Source: Candidatus Hydrogenedentota bacterium (lineage in GTDB: Bacteria; Hydrogenedentota; Hydrogenedentia; Hydrogenedentales; SLHB01). From it: a stretch of DNA of 64,000 nt. The stretch covers positions 128,001 to 192,000 of the forward strand of contig CAXXYE010000006.1 in assembly GCA_963674865.2 (NCBI GenBank), given 5' to 3'. The notes under the pieces were generated by a model that searched no databases, was not told where the DNA came from, and was given only the letters and a program-made list of their open reading frames with translations. Each line of letters starts with the position of its first letter. Position 1 is the stretch's first letter. A program made the translations under genes and the position numbers. Positions 30,616 to 40,096 of this stretch are shown piece after piece.

Positions 30616-32643
30616 TTAGGGCGACTCAACAATCGTCTGCCCATCGCGGATGTAGGCTGTCGTTTCCTCGCCCGTCTCTCGCGTGGTCACAATGATGCCC
30701 GGCGGCAGGCCCGGCTCGTTGAGCAGTGAGACGTCCGTGCATATCCGCACGCCCTCTTCGAATGAGCCCGCGACTCTCGGTATAACGAGCGTGTCCGGAT
30801 CTTCCTCGAGGGAGGTAACCAAGTACTCCGTCCGAAGTCGATTGTGGAGCGTGAGAAGCTCATTGCGCGCCGATTGCGCCACGCGCCGGTAGGTGGCAAT
30901 TCGCTGGGCCCGGCTTTCGATGGAACGCCGCATAAGCCGAACAAAGGGCGTCGCGGCTCGAGCCGCGATCACCTGCTTCAAGGGCCCTTCCTTGGCTGTC
31001 GCCAGTAGCCTCTCCAGCAGTTTCGCCTTCGAGGCGCGGCCGACACTCCGCTCGACCAACTGGGCCGTTCCCGTGACGCGGCGAAGACTCTCTTCGCTCT
31101 TCTCAATGAACGCGTTGAGCTTCTTGCGCTCCTCGAGCCAAATCTGCAGCTTCTCTTTCAGGCGCACGTAGACCCCTGAAACCGGCTTGCCCCCTCCGCC
31201 CTTGCCGCCTATCGAGGCGTTGAGCGCAAGCATCTCCTCCCGCGCTTCAGACAAGTCGCTATCGATCTGGCCCTCGGCCGAGATCTCTTGGAGTTCGCTC
31301 TCAATATCCTCAACGGGGGTGTTCGTATTGCCGCCTGCGTCCTGCGTCGCCCCCGGCGACGCGTCCCGCCCTCGGGCCGCGGCCATAAGACTGTCTTCCG
31401 CCTCGGAACTGAGGGCGCCATAGCCGGCAACGATTCTGTCCAGAAAGGCCAACCGCCGCCGCGCCGTCTCGATCTGCTCGACTTGTTGACGAACGCTATC
31501 CCCCCCAAAGAGGCTCGTCAGCGCGTGCTCAGCCATATGCTCGATCTCTGATGCGGCGATCTGGATCATCCGCCGGTAATTCTCCAGCTCCTGCCGGAGC
31601 ACCGCCGCTTTAGCGATCATGATCGCCGCCTCGGGATCGAGGTACTCGCCGTAGTCTTCGCAAGACAGACGATGCCGAAGTACCACCGAGGACGGCCCGC
31701 GCGTGGAATGCCCAAATCGCTGCGCCTCCACCAAGTGTGACGCCTGAAACATCCCGCCACGCGCCTGGGCGCCTATGCTGATTCGCGGCGCGATATAGGC
31801 GCCCTCGACCGTCGCTTCCGCTATGCGTATCGCCCCGCCAGCAAACACGAGCTTGGGATCCTGGGCGGAACGGCACGCCACGTCTCCCGCCTTGGAAATG
31901 ATCTGAGTGTTGGTGAGCAGGCCCTTCGCCCGGATCGCTCCGTGCCGCACCACCACCACGCCCGCGATGTTCTCCCGGACTTCGCAGCTTTCTTTCGCCG
32001 CAACCTTGCCCATCACGTAACCGTTTACGGTGCAGAGCCCTTTGTCTACGACAAGGATGCAGTCCTCGGGAACGTCGCCGCACACCTTCACGTTGCCGGG
32101 ACACGTCAACAGATGGCCCCGACACTGCATCTCGACGCCGCCGAAGGTTTTCACCAGGCGGGCAGGCGCCTTCGCCATAATCTCCCTGGTGACGATTTGC
32201 GTGGCGGCGCCCAACTGGCCAAGCCCCGGCGTCGCTTCAAGTGAATCCCGCCGCGCAGCGAGCGGCTTGGTGTGTGGAGCAAGAAGCTCGCTGACGCGCT
32301 GGAAATGCGATGGCTCGGACGACCGCTCGATGAGGTCGGACACGGCATGCAGGAAATCCAGCTGCGAGCGCTCGAGCTTTCCGAGTTGGCCATTCTGCAA
32401 TTCATCGAGCAGACTACGCAGGACAAGTTGGTACCTGCGCCCTTCCGTTTCGAGAGGCACAGGCGTGGCCGACGCCAGCCAGTGCTCAACGGCCTTCGGA
32501 ATCGCCGCGCATGATTTCTGGGCCTCAGGATCCCCGTCGTAGGATTGGTACCAGGCCGCGCAGAGGGCAATATCCTCGAGCCACAACGTGGCGACCTCTT
32601 CGGGCTTCAGCCTCGAGACATGTTCGATGAATGATTTAAGCAT
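30616..32643 (-). CDS. Hypothetical protein with FapA/DUF342-like beta-solenoid and long coiled coil
   Basis: Repeated G-x-V-x-V-x-G strands (GNVKVCGDV…VNGYVMG…AGGAIRI) followed by Glu/Arg-rich helical region. Confidence 0.5.
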   Translation of the reverse strand: MLKSFIEHVSRLKPEEVATLWLEDIALCAAWYQSYDGDPEAQKSCAAIPKAVEHWLASATPVPLETEGRRYQLVLRSLLDELQNGQLGKLERSQLDFLHAVSDLIERSSEPSHFQRVSELLAPHTKPLAARRDSLEATPGLGQLGAATQIVTREIMAKAPARLVKTFGGVEMQCRGHLLTCPGNVKVCGDVPEDCILVVDKGLCTVNGYVMGKVAAKESCEVRENIAGVVVVRHGAIRAKGLLTNTQIISKAGDVACRSAQDPKLVFAGGAIRIAEATVEGAYIAPRISIGAQARGGMFQASHLVEAQRFGHSTRGPSSVVLRHRLSCEDYGEYLDPEAAIMIAKAAVLRQELENYRRMIQIAASEIEHMAEHALTSLFGGDSVRQQVEQIETARRRLAFLDRIVAGYGALSSEAEDSLMAAARGRDASPGATQDAGGNTNTPVEDIESELQEISAEGQIDSDLSEAREEMLALNASIGGKGGGGKPVSGVYVRLKEKLQIWLEERKKLNAFIEKSEESLRRVTGTAQLVERSVGRASKAKLLERLLATAKEGPLKQVIAARAATPFVRLMRRSIESRAQRIATYRRVAQSARNELLTLHNRLRTEYLVTSLEEDPDTLVIPRVAGSFEEGVRICTDVSLLNEPGLPPGIIVTTRETGEETTAYIRDGQTIVESP

Positions 32644-32746
32644 CGCGTTTGACCGTCTTTGGCCGTCGCCGGTGCATTCCCGCAGGGGCCTTTTGTGCAT
32701 CCCCCGTCATAAGTCCCAGCCGATGTGTCGCGCTCACGACGACAAC

Positions 32747-33808
32747 TCAGTTCAAACCGTCGGATACCTCCCGCGACAAGTCAATGCTTTCCTTGTAAGG
32801 CGGGCGAATCACGCCCTTCTCCGTGATAATGCCCGCAATCAGCCGCGCCGGCGTCACGTCGAACGCCGGGTTATAAACCTTGACGTCGTCCGGCGCCGTT
32901 TGGCGGCCGAAGCCATTCGTAACCTCAAGGGGATCACGCTGTTCGATGGGAATGCTCTCGCCGCTCGCCAGTTCGAGGTCGAAGGTTGAATACGGGGCGG
33001 CGACATAGAACGGGATATCATGGGCTTTGGCCAGAACGGCTACGCCGTAGGTGCCGATCTTGTTCGCGGCGTCACCATTCGCCGCGATGCGATCCGCGCC
33101 GACAACCACCAATTGGATCTTGCCTTCCTTCATCACCTGGGCCGCCATGTTATCGCAGATCAACGTCGTATCGATACGCGCCTCGGTAAGCTCCCACGCG
33201 GTAAGACGTGCCCCTTGCAGCAGCGGACGGGTTTCGTCCGCATACACTTGGAAGCGGCGGCCAAGTTCGTGCGCTCGAAACATCACGGCGAGCGCCGTGC
33301 CATAATCCGAAGTCGCCAGCCCCCCCGCGTTGCAGTGAGTCAAGACACCATCACCGTCTTTGATGAGGGCCTGCCCATGCTCCCCAATAGCCCGGCACAA
33401 GCGGCGGTCCTCCGCCCAGATGGCTACCGCTTCCTTCTCAATCGATTGAAGGAGCACCGCCGCGTCCTGCGCATCTTCGGCACAGGCGTCCGCCGCATTC
33501 TTCATGCGCGCCAACGCCCAGAACAAATTCACCGCCGTGGGCCGGGACGTCGCCAGGTGATCCGCGCTCTCATACACGGTCCTGATCGTGTCGGCCACGT
33601 CTTTGGGCGACTTCTCCCTGACGCCGACGAGGACTCCGAAGGCCGCCGCCACGCCGATGGCCGGCGCCCCCCGCACCCGCAAGGTCTTGATAGCCTCCCA
33701 CACGGAGTCAAGGCTATCAAGCGTAATCTCTCGATATACCGTCGGCAGCAGCGTCTGATCGATGATCTTCAGCCGGCCGTTTTCCCACTGGACTGTCTTC
33801 GTTGGCAT
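32747..33808 (-). CDS. mtnA: Methylthioribose-1-phosphate isomerase
   Basis: DQTLLP, VRGAPAIG, RPTAVNL, THCNAGGLAT, ETRPLLQGARLT, GADRIAANGD-ANKIGT. Confidence 0.96.
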   Translation of the reverse strand: MPTKTVQWENGRLKIIDQTLLPTVYREITLDSLDSVWEAIKTLRVRGAPAIGVAAAFGVLVGVREKSPKDVADTIRTVYESADHLATSRPTAVNLFWALARMKNAADACAEDAQDAAVLLQSIEKEAVAIWAEDRRLCRAIGEHGQALIKDGDGVLTHCNAGGLATSDYGTALAVMFRAHELGRRFQVYADETRPLLQGARLTAWELTEARIDTTLICDNMAAQVMKEGKIQLVVVGADRIAANGDAANKIGTYGVAVLAKAHDIPFYVAAPYSTFDLELASGESIPIEQRDPLEVTNGFGRQTAPDDVKVYNPAFDVTPARLIAGIITEKGVIRPPYKESIDLSREVSDGLN

Positions 33809-33948
33809 AACTGCACGATTCCGGTTGTCACGGGCGCTCATGCTACTACGCAGCGGCCTGTGAAGCAACCCCCCATTGGCCGCGTAGGTGCCGCCATGTC
33901 CTTGGATACTGCGGGCCGTCCCGTTTGAGGCCTGACGCCAGGACATCA

Positions 33949-34647
33949 TCATGGCGCGGCGTAGATCATATACACCCCGCCCAGAATCACCAACACGCCG
34001 CATGTCCGCCTAAGTAGCGGTGCGCCTCTGGAACGCTCATTCCAGTTGAGGCAACGTTGAACCATCTTGGTTGACGTGCCCGCGAGAACGATGACTGAGC
34101 AGTGGCCCACACCGTAGGCCGCCAACAGCAGAATGCCATAGGCCAAATTCCCGCCGGCGAGCTTGAATGTCACCCCAAGCACAGGCGCCATGTAAGCGAA
34201 GGTACAAGGACCCAACGCGATACCAAACGCCAGGCCAAGAAAGAAGGCAGCCGGGGCGCCCCGAAGGTGCGTACCAACGCTGCCGCGCCCCCACCACGGT
34301 ATCTCAATCACACCCAGCAGGTGGAGGCCCACCAGAAAGAACACAGCCGCAACGAGGTAGTTGCCGTACGGCCCAACGTCCCCCATCATGCGCCCCGCCG
34401 ACGCCGTGATCGCCCCTATCAGTCCTACCGTGATCAGGATACCCATTGCGAAGAGCGACGAAAGGCAAAACGCACGGCGCGAACTGACCCGGCCCTGCTC
34501 ATCAACGAAACCAATAATGAGCGGAATGCTCGCAAGATGACACGGGCTCAGGACAATGCTCAGAACGCCCCAGAAGAAGGAAGCGGCGATAGCTACGCCG
34601 GCGTTGCCTTCCACCGCCCAGGTCAGTGTAGTGAACAGTCCCTGCAT
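33949..34647 (-). CDS. ccdA: CcdA/DsbD-type cytochrome c biogenesis / thiol-disulfide membrane protein
   Basis: LSPC and GPCT TM cysteines; 6 TM helices. Confidence 0.85.
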   Translation of the reverse strand: MQGLFTTLTWAVEGNAGVAIAASFFWGVLSIVLSPCHLASIPLIIGFVDEQGRVSSRRAFCLSSLFAMGILITVGLIGAITASAGRMMGDVGPYGNYLVAAVFFLVGLHLLGVIEIPWWGRGSVGTHLRGAPAAFFLGLAFGIALGPCTFAYMAPVLGVTFKLAGGNLAYGILLLAAYGVGHCSVIVLAGTSTKMVQRCLNWNERSRGAPLLRRTCGVLVILGGVYMIYAAP

Positions 34648-34752
34648 CCTATTTCGTTGCCCACTTCGCGTGTGTTCCCTGTAGGACGATGTTCGCCATC
34701 ACAATATCGTATGCGGCTGGCCTCGCCCTACTGGGCGATAGCTGCACATTCT

Positions 34753-35268
34753 TCACGGCCCCGAGTCCTCGCCACGCCTGATAACAACTCCAAGCTCATC
34801 CCACTTCGCCAAGATATCCTGCTTCGAGAAGAAGCCCTCGTGGCGGAACAACTCTCTGCCTGATGTGTCATAGAAGATCTGCGTGGGAATCCCGCGGATG
34901 CGGTAGCGTTCCTTTTCGGTGGGATTCTCCCACACGTCGATAAACTCGACCTCCATGCAGCCTGCATAGTCTTTCCTAAGTTCATCGAGGATGGGCGCCA
35001 TCATCTTGCAAGGAATACACTTATGTGCGCCAAGGTCCACCAGGCGCGGGAGCGGCTTGGCGGCGGCGGCTTCTGCCGCGCTGCCTTGGGCGGCCTGCCC
35101 AAGGGGAGTGGAAGCACCCGTCGCGCCCGGGACGTGTTGCTTGAGATAGACGGCCCCGGCGATCGCCACGACGAGCGCCGCGATGATCGCGACCTTCATT
35201 CCCAGCCCAACGCCTGGCGTGCCTTGTGGTGTGCGTTCGTCCTCTGCCACGGAACTTCTCCTCATCAT
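34753..35268 (-). CDS. Membrane-anchored thioredoxin
   Basis: N-terminal TM; DLGAHKCIPCKMM; IPTQIFYD. Confidence 0.88.
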   Translation of the reverse strand: MMRRSSVAEDERTPQGTPGVGLGMKVAIIAALVVAIAGAVYLKQHVPGATGASTPLGQAAQGSAAEAAAAKPLPRLVDLGAHKCIPCKMMAPILDELRKDYAGCMEVEFIDVWENPTEKERYRIRGIPTQIFYDTSGRELFRHEGFFSKQDILAKWDELGVVIRRGEDSGP

Positions 35269-35290
35269 CGGGCGTGCACGATTGCCCGCA

Positions 35291-35524
35291 CTATCGAACC
35301 AGGTCCTTGACCTCGTCTAGCGATGGCACTTCCCCCGATACCTTGACTTCCCCGTCGACTACCAAGGCCGGTGTCATCATCACGCCGAAAGCCAGTATCT
35401 TTTCGATCTCCGTCACCTTCTCTATCTCATACTCAAGGCCGAGCGCCTGCGCGGCCTCCTCCGCAACCGCCCTCAGTTTCTCGCATTTCGGACATCCCAT
35501 ACCGAGTATCTGCAGCTTCCTCAT
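35291..35524 (-). CDS. Small redox-active disulfide protein (thioredoxin-like)
   Basis: ILGMGCPKC, GVMMTPALVVDGEVK. Confidence 0.9.
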   Translation of the reverse strand: MRKLQILGMGCPKCEKLRAVAEEAAQALGLEYEIEKVTEIEKILAFGVMMTPALVVDGEVKVSGEVPSLDEVKDLVR

Positions 35525-35545
35525 CTTCCTTGTCTCCTCACGTCC

Positions 35546-36856
35546 TCACACATTTGGTCCGCTCGTAATCACGCCGAAAACCATGCCGCTTGCCGTAGCC
35601 ATAGTCACCACCAGGGCGATGTATACAACCGTCTTCCTCGTACCTAGCACGCTCCGAATCACCAACATATTCGGCAGGCTCAGGGCCGGGCCTGCCAGCA
35701 GCAACGCTAGCGCCGGGCCCTTACCCATGCCGCTACCGATCAAGCCTTGAAGAATGGGCACCTCCGTCAACGTGGCAAAGTACATGAAGGCCCCGGCCAA
35801 GGCAGCAAAGAAGTTGGCGAGAAGGGAGTTGCCACCCACTGCGCCGGCTACCCATGCCGACGGAATAAGCCCTTCCTCCCCCGGCCGGCCAAGCAGCAGC
35901 CCTGCCGCCAATACGCCGAAGAACAAGAGCGGGAGAATCTGCTTGGCAAATCCCCACGCGGCAGCAAACCACTTGCCCAACTCCCCGCCTTCCGTATTCG
36001 CCAAGACGGACAATCCCAAGACCGCCGCCGCGAACGCCACCGGAGGCCGATGCGGAAGGACGATCGCCAGTACGGCCGCCGGCGTCCATGCGAGAGCCAT
36101 TTTCCACCATACCACGCCGAACCACGCCACGAGGACGACGGCCAGAAGAACCCCCGCCAACGCCGTGCCCTCCCATTTCCAGGAGTAGACGGCGTGCCAA
36201 ATTCCCGTGGGCGCGTCCGGCCTCCCCCAGTTGGCAAGCACCAGAATCGCCACCATGGCCGCAAAGTAGACGCCATTTTGCCAAAGTGGCCGGGACACCT
36301 CCGGGGCAAGCGTTCGCGCGGCTTTCACCTTCGCCGCCTCTTCCTTCCGAAAAACGGCGTGCATCGCCAGGCCTATCACAACGCTGAAGGCAATGGCGCC
36401 TACCGCGCGTGCAATGCCCAGTTCCAGGCCCAGCACCCGCGCCGTCAAGATGATCGCCAGCACGTTGATCGCCGGGCCCGAGTACAGAAAAGCCGTCGCC
36501 GGGCCCAATCCGGCCCCCATCCGGTAGATTCCCGCGAAAAGTGGAAGCACGGTACATGAGCACACGGCAAGAATCGTCCCTGAAACCGAAGCCACCGCAT
36601 AGGCCACCACTTTGTTCGCGCCGGCGCCCAGGTACTTCATCACGGAAGCCTGACTTACGAACACCGCGATGGCGCCGGCGATGAAGAAGGCCGGCACGAG
36701 GCAGAGCAAGACATGCTCCCGGGCGTACCATTGGACGAGGTGCAGCGCCTCCGTCAGCGCCGCGTCAAAGCGGTTGTTGCCAACAGGCAGATAGAAACAG
36801 GCGAGAAACGCTGCCGCGATGTACGCCAGCGGCTTCCACTCCTTCCTCCAATCCAT
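35546..36856 (-). CDS. DUF318/ArsP-type permease
   Basis: CLVPAFFIAG, AVCSCTVLPLF, FLYSGPAIN, YFATLTEVP, AGPALSLP. Confidence 0.88.
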   Translation of the reverse strand: MDWRKEWKPLAYIAAAFLACFYLPVGNNRFDAALTEALHLVQWYAREHVLLCLVPAFFIAGAIAVFVSQASVMKYLGAGANKVVAYAVASVSGTILAVCSCTVLPLFAGIYRMGAGLGPATAFLYSGPAINVLAIILTARVLGLELGIARAVGAIAFSVVIGLAMHAVFRKEEAAKVKAARTLAPEVSRPLWQNGVYFAAMVAILVLANWGRPDAPTGIWHAVYSWKWEGTALAGVLLAVVLVAWFGVVWWKMALAWTPAAVLAIVLPHRPPVAFAAAVLGLSVLANTEGGELGKWFAAAWGFAKQILPLLFFGVLAAGLLLGRPGEEGLIPSAWVAGAVGGNSLLANFFAALAGAFMYFATLTEVPILQGLIGSGMGKGPALALLLAGPALSLPNMLVIRSVLGTRKTVVYIALVVTMATASGMVFGVITSGPNV

Positions 36857-36895
36857 CGCATACACTCCCAAAGCCCGCAAACAGGGCCGACATTC

Positions 36896-36916
36896 TATTT
36901 GGCCAAATTACCAAGC
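36896..36916. promoter_or_regulatory. Candidate ArsR operator, copy upstream of the permease
   Basis: TATTTGGCCAAATTACCAAGC matches 37294..37314 at 17/21 and contains TTGG-N8-CCAA dyad. Confidence 0.55.
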
Positions 36917-36941
36917 GACTGCCAAAAAAAGAGAGTCTCGC

Positions 36942-37268
36942 CTACGCCTGGTGCAGTAGCGCCATTTGGTCCTTGGCATTCGTTTCCAGGACGGTCTCGA
37001 TACACCCGAAAAGGCTCAGTACGCAGGGAATCCGCAGCCGGTAATACACCTGCAATCCACGCTTTTCGTCCTGAACGATGCCGGCAACCCTCAGCACCGA
37101 AAGGTGCTTGGAGACTGTGGACGTGTCTGCGCCCACCAATGCCGTCAATTCGCACACGCAGCGCTCACCCTTGGCCAGCTCTTCGACCATGAACAGCCGC
37201 GTGGGGTGCCCAAGCGCCTTGAAAATGCGCGACCGCGCCTCACATCGGGCATATCGTAGGCTATCCAT
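36942..37268 (-). CDS. ArsR/SmtB-family transcriptional repressor
   Basis: FKALGHPTRL, CVCEL, TVSKHLSVL…G…VYY. Confidence 0.93.
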   Translation of the reverse strand: MDSLRYARCEARSRIFKALGHPTRLFMVEELAKGERCVCELTALVGADTSTVSKHLSVLRVAGIVQDEKRGLQVYYRLRIPCVLSLFGCIETVLETNAKDQMALLHQA

Positions 37269-37293
37269 GGGCCTCCTCCGTCATCTTTATGAA

Positions 37294-37323
37294 TATTATG
37301 CCAAATAACCATGCATTTGTCAA
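37294..37323 (-). promoter_or_regulatory. Sigma70 promoter of the ArsR cassette overlapped by candidate ArsR operator
   Basis: Minus strand TTGACA-N17-CATAAT; repeated 21-bp motif covers the spacer and -10. Confidence 0.7.
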
Positions 37324-37507
37324 GATGGCGTAACGAGCCGGCAAGACGCGGCTGGGAGCCTCTATGCTCTCTCGAAGCCGGAATACCACGAAGCCACAGC
37401 CGTTGTTGATGACGATGGGCGCGTATATCTCTTGTTCAGCGGCCCGGGCGAAGTGGAGGTGGAGACATTCGTCCAGGAATAGGTATGGCCCTCGAAGGCC
37501 CGGGGAG

Positions 37508-37516
37508 TGGTATAAT
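37508..37516 (+). promoter_or_regulatory. Extended -10 promoter for the GH172 pair
   Basis: TGGTATAAT, with a GGAGG RBS before the ATG at 37601. Confidence 0.55.
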
Positions 37517-37600
37517 CAGCGGGCTGCTATCCTGAACGGCACACAGTGGCGTACGCTTCCGGGGCGCGCCGGCTTCCGCAACCATGGAGGATGACACAGC

Positions 37601-38671
37601 ATGTACAACGGCCTGAACCTCGGCCTTGGGAACCTCTCTTTGCTCTCCAATGCGCGTTCGCGCTCCCTCTCGGCCGAGAACTTCACCGGCGAGAAAGGCA
37701 AAGGCGCCATGGCCGAGGACGGCACCGGCGCCGCATGCGCCCGCGACCTCGGGCAAGGATGGAAGATCTCCCCGTCGGTGAAGATCGAGGCGGGGGAAAC
37801 CTTCGAACTCGCCGACATCAAGGGGCCCGGCGCTATCCAGCAGATGTGGATGACGCCGACGGGGAAATGGCGGCTCGCTATTCTGCGCGTCTACTGGGAC
37901 GGCGCCGACAGCCCGAGCATCGAGTGCCCGCTCGGGGACTTCTTCTGCATGGGCTGGGGCGAATACGCCCACGTCAACTCCCTGGCCGTGTGCGTCAATC
38001 CCGGCAGCGCATTCAATTGCTACTGGGAGATGCCCTTCCGCAAGCACTGCCGCATAACCGTCGAGAACATCGACACCGAGGCCATGACGCTCTATTACCA
38101 AGTCAACTACACGTTGACGGATGTCCCCGACGAGGCCGGCTATTTCCACGCCCAGTTCCGCCGCGTCAATCCTCTTCCCTACAAGGACGTCTACACCATC
38201 GTCGACGGAATCCGCGGCAAGGGGCACTTCGTAGGCACCTACCTCGCCTGGCAAGTCAACAACACCGGCTGGTGGGGAGAAGGTGAGATCAAGTTCTACA
38301 TCGACGGCGACGCGGAGTTTCCCACTATCTGCGGCACGGGCACGGAGGATTACTTCTGCGGCTCCTACAACTTCGATCGAGGTGGACAGTACACGGAGTT
38401 CTCGACGGCCTATTCAGGTTTGCCGCAGGTCATTCGCCCCGATGGCACCTACCGCTCCCAGCAGCGATTCGGCCTTTACCGCTGGCACATCATGGATCCC
38501 GTCCGCTTCCAGGAGGACCTCTGCGTCACCATACAGGCCCTCGGCTGGCGGAGCGGCGGACGCTACCTGCCCCTGCAGGACGACATCGCATCCGTCGCCT
38601 ATTGGTATCAGGCCGAGCCGCATGAACCGTTCCCGGAACTCCCGAGCAAGGACGAGTTGGAGGTGATCTAG
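37601..38671 (+). CDS. DUF2961/GH172 glycoside hydrolase, copy A
   Basis: SRSLSAENFTGEKG, GPGAIQQMW, WWGEGEIKF, GTGTEDYF, YRWHIMDP, DIASVAYWYQ. Confidence 0.9.
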   Translation: MYNGLNLGLGNLSLLSNARSRSLSAENFTGEKGKGAMAEDGTGAACARDLGQGWKISPSVKIEAGETFELADIKGPGAIQQMWMTPTGKWRLAILRVYWDGADSPSIECPLGDFFCMGWGEYAHVNSLAVCVNPGSAFNCYWEMPFRKHCRITVENIDTEAMTLYYQVNYTLTDVPDEAGYFHAQFRRVNPLPYKDVYTIVDGIRGKGHFVGTYLAWQVNNTGWWGEGEIKFYIDGDAEFPTICGTGTEDYFCGSYNFDRGGQYTEFSTAYSGLPQVIRPDGTYRSQQRFGLYRWHIMDPVRFQEDLCVTIQALGWRSGGRYLPLQDDIASVAYWYQAEPHEPFPELPSKDELEVI

Positions 38672-38710
38672 CCGGGCGCCCCGCCGGGGCCGGCAGGAAA
38701 GGAAAGCATC

Positions 38711-39778
38711 GTGTACGACGGACTCAACCTGAATCTCGGCAACCTCTCGCGCCTGTCCCACGCGAAATCGAGGTCCCTTTCCGCCGAGAACACCACCGGC
38801 GAGCAGGGCAAAGGCACCTTGGCAGCGGAGGGACTCGGTAGCCGCGCCTCTCGTGACCTGGGCCAAGGCTGGAAAGTCGCTCCGGCCGTGAAGCTCGCCC
38901 CCGGCGGCGTGCTCGATCTGGCCGATGTCAAAGGCCCCGGCGCCATTCAGCAGATGTGGTTCACCATCACCGGCCACTGGCGCTTCAGCATCCTCCGTGT
39001 GTACTGGGATAAGGAGAGGACACCGAGCATCGAAGTCCCCATCGGCGATTTCTTCGGCATGGGGTGGTGCCGCTACGCGCCGCTTGTGTCGCAGCCCGTT
39101 TGCGTTAATCCCGGCAGCGCTTTCAATTCCTACTGGGAGATGCCCTTCCGAAAGCACTGCCGGATGACGCTCGAGAACCTCGGCGATGACGAGATCACCG
39201 TCTTCTATCAGATCAATTACACCCTCACCGACGTGCCGGAGGACGCCGGCTATTTCCACGCCCAGTTCCGCCGCACCAATCCCGTGCGCTATAAGGATGT
39301 CTACACCATCCTCGACGGCGTTCAGGGACACGGCCACTACGTGGGCACCTACATGGCCTGGCAATCCAACAACACCGGCTGGTGGGGCGAAGGCGAGATC
39401 AAGTTCCTCATCGACGGCGATGAAGCCCCCACCATCTGCGGCACCGGCACCGAGGACTACTTCTGCGGCTCCTATGGATTCACTGTCGACCGCCAGTACC
39501 AGGACTACACCACACCCTTCGCGGGCATGCACCAGGTGATCCGGCCGGACGGCGCATACCAGTCCCAGCAACGATTCGGCCTCTACCGCTGGCACGTCAT
39601 GGATCCCGTGCGATTTGAGAAGGATCTCAACGTCACCATGCAGGCCCTCGGATGGCGCAGCGGCGGCCGCTATCTGCCTCTTCAGGATGACATTGCCTCC
39701 GTCGCTTACTGGTACCAAGCCGAGCCGCACGCTCCCTTCCCCACATTTCCGGATCGTGACACGCTCGAGGTGATATGA
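38711..39778 (+). CDS. DUF2961/GH172 glycoside hydrolase, copy B (tandem paralog)
   Basis: Same motifs and collinear with 37601..38671. Confidence 0.9.
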   Translation: MYDGLNLNLGNLSRLSHAKSRSLSAENTTGEQGKGTLAAEGLGSRASRDLGQGWKVAPAVKLAPGGVLDLADVKGPGAIQQMWFTITGHWRFSILRVYWDKERTPSIEVPIGDFFGMGWCRYAPLVSQPVCVNPGSAFNSYWEMPFRKHCRMTLENLGDDEITVFYQINYTLTDVPEDAGYFHAQFRRTNPVRYKDVYTILDGVQGHGHYVGTYMAWQSNNTGWWGEGEIKFLIDGDEAPTICGTGTEDYFCGSYGFTVDRQYQDYTTPFAGMHQVIRPDGAYQSQQRFGLYRWHVMDPVRFEKDLNVTMQALGWRSGGRYLPLQDDIASVAYWYQAEPHAPFPTFPDRDTLEVI

Positions 39779-39972
39779 TGGACGGTATGCTCTCATCAAT
39801 AGCTGCTGTCGGCGCCCGGCTCAACACTGTCGAACTCCAGACGCACTACCAGGCGGCGGTGCTTCGCATGGAGAAGGAACTCATCCAAGACGTGGGCCAA
39901 GCTGCCGTCAAACTCATCGAGAGCGCAACCATCGACCCCGCCATCGGCCAGCGCCTCGATATCCGCGGCTGA
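39775..39972 (+). CDS. Small protein resembling YjfB/putative motility protein family
   Basis: Q…AVLRM…Q…GQAAVKLI…IGQRLDIR C-terminal pattern; ATGA overlap with GH172 B. Confidence 0.5.
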   Translation: MMDGMLSSIAAVGARLNTVELQTHYQAAVLRMEKELIQDVGQAAVKLIESATIDPAIGQRLDIRG

Positions 39973-40096
39973 GTTTCAAGCCGCCGAAGAGTCTCTATTC
40001 CCGTCTCGTCTCCGGCGGACAGGCGACTTGATATTCCCACGTGCTCTATGACTGAATGCCCGCAAGACCGCCGCAGAATCCTAGGAGTAATGACAA

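Noticed and set aside
34753..35524. Selenocysteine recoding in the redox cassette
   Set aside because: Both thioredoxin-like proteins have ordinary CxxC motifs with no in-frame TGA
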